64,000 bases of DNA from the NCBI GenBank assembly GCA_025453605.1, contig JALOPZ010000002.1, positions 388,631 to 452,630 on the forward strand. Reading direction: 5' to 3'. Position 1 is the first letter of the stretch, and every line of letters starts with the position of its first letter. A program made the translations under genes and the position numbers. Under the pieces are notes generated by a model that searched no databases, was not told where the DNA came from, and saw nothing but the letters and a program-made list of their open reading frames with translations. Shown piece by piece: positions 48,108 through 57,041 of the stretch. The DNA is from Candidatus Margulisiibacteriota bacterium. GTDB lineage: Bacteria > Margulisbacteria > WOR-1 > O2-12-FULL-45-9 > XYB2-FULL-48-7.

Positions 48108-49064
48108 CTAGCCGCGTCTGACCAGGGAGCCGACGATCTCCAACCCGGCGAACCGGCCGGTCCCGGCAAAGATCTCGGCCCGACCGTTCTTCACCTTGGC
48201 GTATAACCTGACCCGGACGGTGGCCGGCAAATGTTCAAAGATCCGCCCCTCCATCGCCCCGACGACCGGAGCGGCAAGCTCTGTCCCGCCGGCCGCGCCG
48301 CCAACCGCCCCGATGTCGAGCACGTAATCCTTATCCTCAAAGGTCAGGGTCACGCCATTCGGCTGGTAAGTGAGCTCCTTGAGCCGGGAACCCAAATAGG
48401 TGGTGAACCGGTAGAGTTTACCGCCATGCCGGAAGCCGACGATGAAACCGTTGAACGACATCCCGAGCCACGGGACCCGCGCTACAGAAACGGACAAAGA
48501 AGTCCCCTCCGGCGCAAAATCGTTGCTCTGCAGCCAGACCCACGCTTTGGGCATAGAATGGCCCCAATCTTTCTCAATGTACCCGCGCCCGCCGGTGTAA
48601 TTCTCCTTACTGCCGCCAACTGTCAGTTGGCCGGTCAGGGAATGATCAAAACTGATGATCCCGTGCTGGCACTCCATCCGGGGAACAAAAGCGAACGGCC
48701 CCATCGCGCCGGGAGAGAATAAACTGACCGGCCACGGCTGCAGCCGGCCAAAAGTGACCGCCCCCTTAATCCCGGGGAGATCCAAAGCAAACCCCGCGCC
48801 GGAAAAATGGTTCGGACCGACCCGGAGATCGAACTTTTTCGGATCGGCTTTAAAGTCGGTGACCGGAAAACGGTGGTACGCTGACTGGTGGCTGCCGCCA
48901 TCCAGGATCTGGATAAATGAGTGCGCGTCGTTACGGGTGAGCGAAACCCCGGGGATAATGGCGATCGGCCGGACACCGGCCGGATCGACCAGCTTAAAGT
49001 ACCACCCTTCGAAATAACCGCTCTGCCGACCGGAGCCTTGAAAAGAAGCCGGCTCGTACAACAA
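48108..49064 (-). CDS. Hypothetical 318-aa protein (possible lipocalin/CrtC-like fold)
   Basis: ORF with host codon usage. The weak motif GWYFK hints at the hydroxyneurosporene-synthase/lipocalin-like family, which is uncertain. Confidence 0.3.
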   Translation of the reverse strand: MLYEPASFQGSGRQSGYFEGWYFKLVDPAGVRPIAIIPGVSLTRNDAHSFIQILDGGSHQSAYHRFPVTDFKADPKKFDLRVGPNHFSGAGFALDLPGIKGAVTFGRLQPWPVSLFSPGAMGPFAFVPRMECQHGIISFDHSLTGQLTVGGSKENYTGGRGYIEKDWGHSMPKAWVWLQSNDFAPEGTSLSVSVARVPWLGMSFNGFIVGFRHGGKLYRFTTYLGSRLKELTYQPNGVTLTFEDKDYVLDIGAVGGAAGGTELAAPVVGAMEGRIFEHLPATVRVRLYAKVKNGRAEIFAGTGRFAGLEIVGSLVRRG

Positions 49065-49067
49065 GGT

Positions 49068-49592
49068 TTAAAAGTTCACCCGATAAACCGGCACGCCAGG
49101 CTCAACGATATAGATCAGCCGGACCGGGTTATAGTCGCTCGGGATCTGGGCGACATAGCAGGCTTTGAGGCCGGCCGCCGGCAAAAGCCGCCGCGGTGAT
49201 TCCCATTTTTTCCAATCGTTCCGGTTGACGTGGCGGACCTTTTCAAAAAGCTGATCATCGGCGTCAACCAGCTGCAGCTTGCAGTTGACCCCGCCGTAGG
49301 AACCGGTGAACTTGCGGGCGTTCTTGACCTCGGTCTCGATAACGATCCACTTTTCGTCTTTTCCCGGCTTCTCCCCTTTGGGGCCGACCTCCGGGTATTC
49401 AACGCTGATCACCTTGAATTTGCTTGTCCCGTTAAAAAGCTGAGCCCCGATCTTTCCTTCGTCAATCCCTTTGAGCTGGTTCTGCCCGCCCGGGATGACC
49501 TTCTTCTGGACCGCTTCGGCCCGGCAGGTAAAACCGCCGACCAGGATCAGGGCGGTCAGGGAGAGGGAGATGATCTTGATTAGTTTTGTCAT
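49068..49592 (-). CDS. Secreted hypothetical protein (signal peptide)
   Basis: MTKLIKIISLSLTALILVGGFTCRAEA followed by a ~150-aa beta-rich domain. Confidence 0.45.
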   Translation of the reverse strand: MTKLIKIISLSLTALILVGGFTCRAEAVQKKVIPGGQNQLKGIDEGKIGAQLFNGTSKFKVISVEYPEVGPKGEKPGKDEKWIVIETEVKNARKFTGSYGGVNCKLQLVDADDQLFEKVRHVNRNDWKKWESPRRLLPAAGLKACYVAQIPSDYNPVRLIYIVEPGVPVYRVNF

Positions 49593-49594
49593 GT

Positions 49595-50095
49595 TTACAG
49601 CTTCGCTCCCGCCCGGTTGTCCCAACCCTGGGTGCTCTCCCCGCTCTTTGAACCGTCGGGGTGGAGCTCGATATTGTTCCAGCTGATCGTCTCATAGGCG
49701 AGCGTCACTTCTTCGATCAGCGCGCTCTCATACTTCAGCTCGACATTCTTGACAGTCGCTTTACCGAGCGTGATCTTGGTCACGACCATCATGCTGCCGC
49801 CGACCGGCTTCATCACATCGATCACCAGCGAAGGGTAAACGGTACCGTCCAGACAGGCCGCGAACAGCGTGTTGCTCGCCGCGTCCAGGTTTTTCTCGAT
49901 GACCAGCGGCCCCGAGCCGCCCGTCTTGTTCGACATTTTCAGCGCCACGAGCCCGACCCCGTCCCGGTGTTCCCGGTCGGTCACCTCACCCTTGAGCCCC
50001 GGCCCGGTCAGGACCATATTGTAAGCGGCAAAAGCGGGGACAACCGTCAGAGCCAGCAGGATCAGAACACCAACTAACTTTGTTTTCATTTGCAT
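49595..50095 (-). CDS. Hcp-family (T6SS tube/phage tail tube-like) protein carrying an N-terminal Sec signal peptide
   Basis: After MQMKTKLVGVLILLALTVVPAFA, the mature part aligns with Hcp1. GLKGEVTDREHRDGVGLVALKMS matches DVKGESKDKTHAEEIDVLAWSWGMS, NLDAASNTLFAACLDGTVYP matches YIDKSTPNLMMACSSGKHYP, and the C-terminal ETISWNNIE...GWDN matches that of Hcp1. Confidence 0.6.
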   Translation of the reverse strand: MQMKTKLVGVLILLALTVVPAFAAYNMVLTGPGLKGEVTDREHRDGVGLVALKMSNKTGGSGPLVIEKNLDAASNTLFAACLDGTVYPSLVIDVMKPVGGSMMVVTKITLGKATVKNVELKYESALIEEVTLAYETISWNNIELHPDGSKSGESTQGWDNRAGAKL

Positions 50096-50155
50096 CCTCC
50101 TTATCCAACTTATAAAGTATAGCATAAAGCATCATTTGGCCGTCCAGACCACTTG

Positions 50156-50164
50156 TGCTATATT
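50156..50164 (+). promoter_or_regulatory. Extended -10 (TGCTATATT) 6 nt upstream of the ABC-F ATG
   Basis: Direct read. Part of a recurring TGnTATAAT-ATG leaderless-type arrangement (also 1998-2006, 51993-52001, 58838-58846, 57029-57034). Confidence 0.5.
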
Positions 50165-50170
50165 GAATAT

Positions 50171-51970
50171 ATGCTGCAGATCAACGACCTTTCATTATCG
50201 TTCGGCGGGCAGGAACTGCTCGACGAGATCAGCTTTAACATCCACAACGGGGAAAGGATCGGGCTGGTCGGCCGGAACGGCTCGGGGAAGACGACCCTGT
50301 TTCGGTTAATAACCGGCGAAGTAAAACCGGATGAAGGGCGCATTTCACTGCCGAAGAACTACACCATCGGTTACCTTAAACAGCATCTCAAGTTCAGCCA
50401 GCCAACCGTACTGGAAGAAGCTTGCCTTGGCCTGCCGGAAGAGGAAAAGGACCAGATCTGGAAGGCGGAGAAGATCCTGACCGGGCTCGGGTTCGGCGAA
50501 GACGATCTGGCCAAGTCGCCGGCCGAGTTCTCCGGCGGCTTCCAGGTTCGCCTTAACCTGGCCAAAGTGCTGCTGGCAGAACCGCATCTCCTGCTGCTCG
50601 ACGAACCGACCAACTATCTGGACATCGTCTCGATCCGCTGGTTTACCCGCTTTCTGCAGCGCTGGCCCAACGAAATGATGATCATCACCCACGACCGCGA
50701 CTTTATGAACAGCGTCACCACTCACACCATGGCCATTCACCGGCGCAAGGTCAAAAAGATCGAGGGGGACACGGCCAAACTGTTCGAACAGATCGCGGTC
50801 GAAGAAGAAGTTTACGAAAAGACCCGCCAGAAAGAAGAGAAAAAGCGGGAAGAGACGATCGAGTTCATCAACCGGTTCCGCGCCCTCGCCGCCCGCGCCA
50901 GCCTGGTCCAGTCGCGCGTCAAGGCACTGGAGAAGATGGGAAAAAAGGAAGAGCTGGCCAAGATCATGGACCTCGGTTTCCGTTTCAACGCCCAGGAGTT
51001 CCCGGCCAAGCAATTGATGCGGGTCAACGAAATTTCCTTTGGTTACACTCCGGACCGGACCCTGATCGACCAGCTGTCGCTCAATATCGCCAAAAGGGAC
51101 CGGATCTGCGTCGTCGGCAAGAACGGCAAAGGGAAATCGACCCTCTTAAGACTGCTGGCGGGCGAACTCAAGCCGCAGTCCGGCGAGATCACCAGCCATG
51201 ACAACTGTCAGATCGGCTATTTCGGCCAGACCAATATCGAGCGGCTCAACGAGAGCCTGACGATCGAGCAGGAATTCAGCAAGCTCCGGCCCGATCTGCG
51301 CTACACCGAGATCCGCAAGACGTGCGGCGCGATGATGTTCGGCGGCGACCTGGCGTTGAAGCCGATCTCCGTCCTCTCCGGCGGCGAAAAGAGCCGGGTT
51401 TCGCTGGGGAAGATACTCCTCTCCCCGACCAATCTCCTCCTCCTGGACGAACCGACCAACCATCTCGACGTCGAATCGTGCGATTCGCTGATCGCCGCCC
51501 TCGACGAGTTCCCCGGTGCGGTCATTATCGTCACCCACAGCGAGATGTTCCTCCACCATCTGGCCAAGCGGCTGATCGTTTTTAATGAAGACAAGACGTT
51601 CGTCTTCGATGGGAGCTACCAGGACTTTCTCGACAAGGTCGGCTGGGAAACGGAGACGAAAAAGCCGAAAAAAGAAAAGGCGGCCGCGGCTGCCCGCCAC
51701 GCGCAGGAAAAGCGCGCAGCGGAATACCAAAAACAGCGCAGCGCGCTGCTGGCCAAAACGACCGCGGTCGAAAAAATGATCGACGACGAAGAAGTTGCGC
51801 TCGAAGCGGCCAATCTCAAGCTGGCAGAAGCGGCCGGCAAGCTCAGCGGCGAAGAGATCCAAAAACTGCAGATCAAAGCCCACCAGCATCAGGAAGTGCT
51901 CGACGCCGCCTACCGCCAGCTGGAACAACTGATCGCGGAGCTGGACACTCTGGACAAAGCGAAGCCGTGA
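50171..51970 (+). CDS. ABC-F family ATPase (two ABC domains, no TMD; EttA/Uup-like)
   Basis: Two Walker A motifs (GRNGSGKTT, GKNGKGKST), two ABC signatures (FSGGFQ, LSGGEKSR), an inter-domain linker and a C-terminal coiled-coil. The start is trimmed to MLQINDLSL, 6 nt after TGCTATATT. Confidence 0.85.
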   Translation: MLQINDLSLSFGGQELLDEISFNIHNGERIGLVGRNGSGKTTLFRLITGEVKPDEGRISLPKNYTIGYLKQHLKFSQPTVLEEACLGLPEEEKDQIWKAEKILTGLGFGEDDLAKSPAEFSGGFQVRLNLAKVLLAEPHLLLLDEPTNYLDIVSIRWFTRFLQRWPNEMMIITHDRDFMNSVTTHTMAIHRRKVKKIEGDTAKLFEQIAVEEEVYEKTRQKEEKKREETIEFINRFRALAARASLVQSRVKALEKMGKKEELAKIMDLGFRFNAQEFPAKQLMRVNEISFGYTPDRTLIDQLSLNIAKRDRICVVGKNGKGKSTLLRLLAGELKPQSGEITSHDNCQIGYFGQTNIERLNESLTIEQEFSKLRPDLRYTEIRKTCGAMMFGGDLALKPISVLSGGEKSRVSLGKILLSPTNLLLLDEPTNHLDVESCDSLIAALDEFPGAVIIVTHSEMFLHHLAKRLIVFNEDKTFVFDGSYQDFLDKVGWETETKKPKKEKAAAAARHAQEKRAAEYQKQRSALLAKTTAVEKMIDDEEVALEAANLKLAEAAGKLSGEEIQKLQIKAHQHQEVLDAAYRQLEQLIAELDTLDKAKP

Positions 51971-52010
51971 CGTTTGTTATCCGTTTGGCGTGTGCTATAA
52001 TATTTCCACT

Positions 52011-52751
52011 ATGACAAGAAAACCGATCATGGCCGGCAACTGGAAAATGTACAAGACCCCGACCGAGGCGGCGGATTTCGTTAAGGCGCTCGCCCCCCAG
52101 GTGAAGGATGTCCACGACAAGACGATGCTCCTCTGCGCTCCGTTCACGGCGCTGCAGAAATTGAGCGACGCCGCGGTCGGGACCAATATCGCCGTCGGCG
52201 CGGAAAATCTCTACTGGGAAGACGAAGGGGCCTTTACCGGCGAAGTCTCCGCCCCGATGCTCAAAGCGGTTGGCTGCACCTATGTTATCATCGGCCACTC
52301 CGAACGGCGGCAGTACTTCGGCGAGACCGACGCGACGGTCAATAAGAAGCTGTTTGCGGCGCTCAAGCACAATCTTCTGCCGATCATCTGCGTCGGCGAG
52401 ACTTTAGCCCAAAGAGAAGGGAACGAAACCTTTAAAGTAATCGAAACACAGATCAACGGAGCATTCCAGGGCGTGACCAACAGCCACTGGACGTCGATCA
52501 TAATCGCCTACGAACCCGTTTGGGCGATCGGCACCGGCAAAACGGCGACCCCGGCCCAGGCCCAGGAAGTCCACGCTTTTATCCGGAAGTTATTACCCAA
52601 AGATGTCGCCAACGATATCCGGATCCTCTACGGCGGTTCGGTCAAACCGGAGAACGTCAAGGAATTGATGGGTCAGCCGGATATCGACGGCGGGCTGGTC
52701 GGCGGGGCGGCCTTAAAAGTCGACAGCTATCTCAAGCTGATCAAGTACTAA
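52011..52751 (+). CDS. tpiA: Triosephosphate isomerase
   Basis: IMAGNWKMYKT...IIGHSERR...AYEPVWAIGTG, a canonical TIM. The start is trimmed to the Met 9 nt after TGCTATAAT. Confidence 0.9.
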   Translation: MTRKPIMAGNWKMYKTPTEAADFVKALAPQVKDVHDKTMLLCAPFTALQKLSDAAVGTNIAVGAENLYWEDEGAFTGEVSAPMLKAVGCTYVIIGHSERRQYFGETDATVNKKLFAALKHNLLPIICVGETLAQREGNETFKVIETQINGAFQGVTNSHWTSIIIAYEPVWAIGTGKTATPAQAQEVHAFIRKLLPKDVANDIRILYGGSVKPENVKELMGQPDIDGGLVGGAALKVDSYLKLIKY

Positions 52752-53767
52752 ATACTCTTGGCGATCGTCTGAAGCAGCCGCCGGTAAAGCAGTTTTTGCG
52801 TCAGTTCGTCCTTGTACGCCGCGCGTTCGTACTTCGGCCGGGCCTTCAACCCTTTGATCTCATCCGCCACTCGCTCTTGCTCCGCGCCCAGGCCAACCAC
52901 CATAATCGTCGGCAGTTTTTTGGGGAGCGCGGCCGAGAGGCCGGCCGCGAACCGGGCGACCAGCCCGCGCCTGGTCAAAGCGTCGCGGAAGATCTTTTCG
53001 CTTAGCCCCCGGCGAAGATAATCGATCGGCCCGACGTTGGTGGCGATCTCGGAGAGATTGCTGATCCGGACCTCGACCCCTTTCTTTGTCTCGACAAAGA
53101 TAAAATGGCTCGGGTTAAGATTCGACATGCCAACTTGCTCGTCCAGCGCTAAGATCCGGCCAAAGATCTCGCCGAGCGCGAAAATGTGCCGGTCGGTCAG
53201 CCTCTTTTTTTCGACCAGATCGTGCAGGGTGTCGCCAGCGATGTATTCCCGGACAAAAAGCGGCACGGTCACCCCCGGGCCGAGTTCGATCATATAGATC
53301 CCGTAATGTTTGGCCAGTAGGCCGGAGCGGCGGAGCCCATTGGGGACCCGCTCTTCCTTGACCAGTGCCTCCATCGCCCGCATTTTGCTGTCGCGCAGCG
53401 GCAGCATCAGCGCCAGCGCGCCGCTGCTTCCCAACGCGACCTGGCCGACCACATATCCGTCATCGTTAAAGACCCTGACCAGGGAACACTCGCCGACCGG
53501 TTTTCCGCCGAGCCGCCGGCCGATCATGGCGGCAAAATCGTTATCCCAACGCCGGTCGGTCAACAGCTTTCCCAAAAAGCGGATCAGCCGCTCGTGATTA
53601 CCGCCGACCTCCAGCCGGGCTTTCGGGGTCAGCAGGAAATTAGAACTGCCGGCCCGGACAACGCCGGCGAACGGCAGACACGACTGCCTCGCCTGACCGC
53701 CCGCTTTGATCCTTTTAATGCCGTTCATAGTTACCTGCTTATCGGCCCCCGGTCCGGATAATTTCAT
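52748..53767 (-). CDS. Kinase-fold protein (Kdo/RIO/APH-like), possibly degenerate
   Basis: VGMSNLNPSHFIFV resembles the HGDLNPGNIL catalytic loop of Kdo/WaaP-type kinases, with substitutions. Confidence 0.3.
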   Translation of the reverse strand: MKLSGPGADKQVTMNGIKRIKAGGQARQSCLPFAGVVRAGSSNFLLTPKARLEVGGNHERLIRFLGKLLTDRRWDNDFAAMIGRRLGGKPVGECSLVRVFNDDGYVVGQVALGSSGALALMLPLRDSKMRAMEALVKEERVPNGLRRSGLLAKHYGIYMIELGPGVTVPLFVREYIAGDTLHDLVEKKRLTDRHIFALGEIFGRILALDEQVGMSNLNPSHFIFVETKKGVEVRISNLSEIATNVGPIDYLRRGLSEKIFRDALTRRGLVARFAAGLSAALPKKLPTIMVVGLGAEQERVADEIKGLKARPKYERAAYKDELTQKLLYRRLLQTIAKSI

Positions 53768-53839
53768 CTTTTTTTGCCGGCTGATCTATGATAATATTGT
53801 AACGGTTCAACGCTGAAATAAACGAGGGGAGCGGATAAA

Positions 53840-54820
53840 ATGGCAAAAAGATTGTACGAAGAAATGGGCCTGGTCAACACGAAAGAGATGTTCCGGAAAG
53901 CAATGGCAGGGAAGTACGCGGTCCCGGCTTATAACTTCAATAATATGGAGCAGCTGCAGGCGATCATCGGCGGCTGCGCGGAGAGCAATTCCCCGGTCAT
54001 CATCCAGGTTTCGAGCGGGGCGCGAAAATACGCCAACCAGACCCTCCTCCGCTACATGGCGCAGGGGGCGGTCGAAATGTGCCGTAAAGATCTAAAATCG
54101 AACATTCCGATCTGTCTCCACCTTGATCACGGCGACACCTTTGAGCTGTGCAAATCGTGCATCGACTTTGGTTTCTCTTCGGTCATGATCGACGGCTCTG
54201 CCCACACTTATGAAGACAACATCGCGCTGACCAAAAAGGTCGTCGACTACGCCCACCAGTTCGATGTCACGGTCGAAGGGGAACTCGGCGTCCTGGCCGG
54301 GATCGAGGACGAGGTCAAGGCTGAGAAGCACACTTACACCGACCCGGCCCAGGTCGAGGATTTCGTCAAACGGACCGGCGTCGATTCACTGGCCATCTCG
54401 ATCGGCACCTCGCACGGCGCCTACAAGTTCAAGGTCAAGCCGGGCGAGTCGGTCCCCCCGCTCCGCTTTGATATCCTGGCCGAAGTGGAAAAAAGACTGC
54501 CCGGCTTCCCGATCGTCCTGCACGGTGCCTCTTCGGTCGTCCAGGAATATGTCGCCCTGATCAACAAGTTCGGCGGCAAGATGGACAACGCGGTCGGCAT
54601 CCCCGAAGAACAGCTGCGCAAAGCGGCCGGCTCGGCCGTCTGCAAGATCAACATCGACAGCGACGGCCGCCTGGTGATGACCGCGATCATCCGCAAGGTC
54701 TTCGCGGAATCACCGTCCGAGTTTGATCCGCGCAAATACCTCGGCCCGGCCCGCGAAGAATTAAAGAAGCTGATCGTCGCCAAGAACACGAATGTATTAG
54801 GTTCGGCTGGAAAAGCCTAA
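53840..54820 (+). CDS. fba: Class II fructose-bisphosphate aldolase
   Basis: AVPAYNFNNMEQLQAIIGGCAESNSPVIIQVSSGAR...HLDHG is the class II FBA/TBP aldolase signature. A conventional RBS GAGGGGAG lies upstream. Confidence 0.85.
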   Translation: MAKRLYEEMGLVNTKEMFRKAMAGKYAVPAYNFNNMEQLQAIIGGCAESNSPVIIQVSSGARKYANQTLLRYMAQGAVEMCRKDLKSNIPICLHLDHGDTFELCKSCIDFGFSSVMIDGSAHTYEDNIALTKKVVDYAHQFDVTVEGELGVLAGIEDEVKAEKHTYTDPAQVEDFVKRTGVDSLAISIGTSHGAYKFKVKPGESVPPLRFDILAEVEKRLPGFPIVLHGASSVVQEYVALINKFGGKMDNAVGIPEEQLRKAAGSAVCKINIDSDGRLVMTAIIRKVFAESPSEFDPRKYLGPAREELKKLIVAKNTNVLGSAGKA

Positions 54821-54836
54821 GAAAGAGGGATAACAG

Positions 54837-56045
54837 ATGAAGGTCAAGTTTCAGGGTAAAGAGCTGAATATTAAGCGGATCGGGATCCTGACCGGCGGCG
54901 GCGACTGCGCCGGCCATAACGCGGTGATCGTCGGCCTGCTCCGGCGGATCAACCAGGCTAACCTTACCCTTCCCACCGACGAAAAAATGGAACTGGTCGG
55001 CCTGCTGGAGGGGTGGAAATCGCTGACCCGCGATCCCGGGACAGAAATGGCTAAGATCGTTAAACCGCTCAACCTGATGGAGATCGAAGAATCTTTTACC
55101 GTCGCGGGAACTATCCTGAAATCTTCCCGCACCAACCTCTTCTCCAAGGCTAATCTCGAAGCCAAGCTGCCCGAGAAAGCGATGGCCAACCTGAAAAAGC
55201 TGAACATTGACTGTCTCTGCGTTCTGGGCGGTGACGATACTTTGGGCGCGGCCGGGAAATTGGGCCAGCAGTTTGTTTTCCCGATGTTCGGCGCCCCCAA
55301 GACGATGGACAACGACGTCCACGGGACCGAGATGACCTATGGGTTTGAATCAGCGGTCGAAGAAGCGACCCACTTTATCGAGAACATCCGGACGACCGCG
55401 GAATCGCACAACCGCTGCTTCGTCGTTGAGCTGCTCGGCCGCTCGGCCGGTTGGGTTGCCCTCTGGGCCGGGATCGCCGGCGGCGCGGAGGTCACCCTCC
55501 TCCCCGAAGAGAACCTCAACCTCGATAACGTCATCAAACAGGTCGAGCACGCCATCAAGCTGAAACAACACTGCCTCGTCGTCGTTTCGGAAGGGGTCCG
55601 CCTCTTCGACACCCGCTACCCGGCAGCGATCAACCAGCGGCATAAAGAGATGCTCGAAGCGGTCAAGGCCGATCCCAAATACGCGCTGGTCAAGGCGCGC
55701 GACGAAATGCCGAAAAAGAAAGATTCGTTCGGCAACGAACAGCTCGGCGGGATCGGCGAGTATATTTTCGCTATTCTGGAGAAACACACCAAAGGGTTTG
55801 AATACCGCTACCAGAACTGCGGTCACGCCATCCGCGGTGGCGTCGCTCACGTCATGGACCGGATCCTCGGGCTGCGCTACGGCGACGCGATCTTCCAGTT
55901 CATGAAGGATGGCCAGTTCGGGGTTTATCCGGGGCTGGAAGCCGATAAGATCATGGCGCGCGACTTATTGAAAGTCAAAGGCGAACGGTTCGTGCCGCAA
56001 GACCACCAATTATTCGCGATGCGCAACGCGGTCGAGTACTACTGA
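54837..56045 (+). CDS. Phosphofructokinase-family protein, likely PPi-dependent type
   Basis: GILTGGGDCAGHNAVI...LGGDDTLGAAGKL...TMDNDV has GGDD rather than the GGDGS of ATP-PFKs. 402 aa. Confidence 0.65.
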   Translation: MKVKFQGKELNIKRIGILTGGGDCAGHNAVIVGLLRRINQANLTLPTDEKMELVGLLEGWKSLTRDPGTEMAKIVKPLNLMEIEESFTVAGTILKSSRTNLFSKANLEAKLPEKAMANLKKLNIDCLCVLGGDDTLGAAGKLGQQFVFPMFGAPKTMDNDVHGTEMTYGFESAVEEATHFIENIRTTAESHNRCFVVELLGRSAGWVALWAGIAGGAEVTLLPEENLNLDNVIKQVEHAIKLKQHCLVVVSEGVRLFDTRYPAAINQRHKEMLEAVKADPKYALVKARDEMPKKKDSFGNEQLGGIGEYIFAILEKHTKGFEYRYQNCGHAIRGGVAHVMDRILGLRYGDAIFQFMKDGQFGVYPGLEADKIMARDLLKVKGERFVPQDHQLFAMRNAVEYY

Positions 56046-56047
56046 GG

Positions 56048-57022
56048 TCAAGTCGCCAGCATGTTGGCCAGCTTGTAGGCGGCCAGGTCGAGCTTCTTTT
56101 TGCGGCGGGCGACCTCGTCGATCGGGGTTTCCACCACTTTATCCGAGATAATACCGACCATTAAGGCCGATTTTCCCTCGATCAACAATTGAACAGCCCG
56201 GGCGCCAAGCTTGCAGGCGACTTCACGGGAGAGCGCCGACGGCGATCCGCCCCGCTGCATGTGTCCCAGAATGCTGACGCGGACGTCGAGCGTCGTCCGC
56301 TTGCGCAGATGGACGGCGACCTCGTTGGCCGAGATCGCCCCTTCGGCGACGACGATTATAAAACTCGATTTCCCCCGCTGCTGGCCGTAACGGATCTTCT
56401 GGCCGATCGCGTCGATGTTGTACGGGATCTCCGGAATAATGATCGCCTCGGCGCCGGCCGTCAGCCCAACGTCAAGCGCGATAAAACCGTTGTTCCGGCC
56501 CATCACTTCGATCACGAAAACCCGCTCGTGGGAGGTGGCGGTGTCGCGGATCTTGTCGATCGCTTCCAGGGCGGTGTTGACCGCCGTGTCAAAGCCGATG
56601 CTGTAGTCGGTCCCGTAAATATCGTTGTCGATCGAGGCCGGGATATTGATCACCCGGGTGCCGAATTCCTTGTGCAGGGCGTGGGCGGCCCCCAGCGACC
56701 CGTCGCCGCCGATCACCACCAGCCCTTCGATGTTGTAAGCGCACAGATTTTCGTAGGCCTTTTTGCGGGCCGCCTTCTGGCGGAACTCGGGACAGCGGTG
56801 AGTGTGGAGGATCGTCCCGCCGTGGTTGATGATCCCGCTGACCGAAGCGAGCTCCATGTTGATGATCTTGTTGTCGATCAGGCCGCGCCAACCCCGCTCG
56901 ATCCCGTAAACCTTTAGCCCGCTGAAGATCGCCGTCCGGACCACCGCCCGGATGGCCGTGTTCATCCCCGGCGCGTCGCCGCCCGGTGTAATGACGCCGA
57001 TCGTCTTGATTTTTTTACTCAT
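56048..57022 (-). CDS. pfkA: ATP-dependent 6-phosphofructokinase
   Basis: Trimmed to the internal MSKKIKTIGVITPGGDAPGMN. ...IGGDGSLGAA...PASIDNDI...MGRN. The upstream 87 codons of the track ORF are non-PFK and would overlap leuA. Confidence 0.85.
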   Translation of the reverse strand: MSKKIKTIGVITPGGDAPGMNTAIRAVVRTAIFSGLKVYGIERGWRGLIDNKIINMELASVSGIINHGGTILHTHRCPEFRQKAARKKAYENLCAYNIEGLVVIGGDGSLGAAHALHKEFGTRVINIPASIDNDIYGTDYSIGFDTAVNTALEAIDKIRDTATSHERVFVIEVMGRNNGFIALDVGLTAGAEAIIIPEIPYNIDAIGQKIRYGQQRGKSSFIIVVAEGAISANEVAVHLRKRTTLDVRVSILGHMQRGGSPSALSREVACKLGARAVQLLIEGKSALMVGIISDKVVETPIDEVARRKKKLDLAAYKLANMLAT

Positions 57023-57041
57023 AGTTAGTATAGTATATGTT

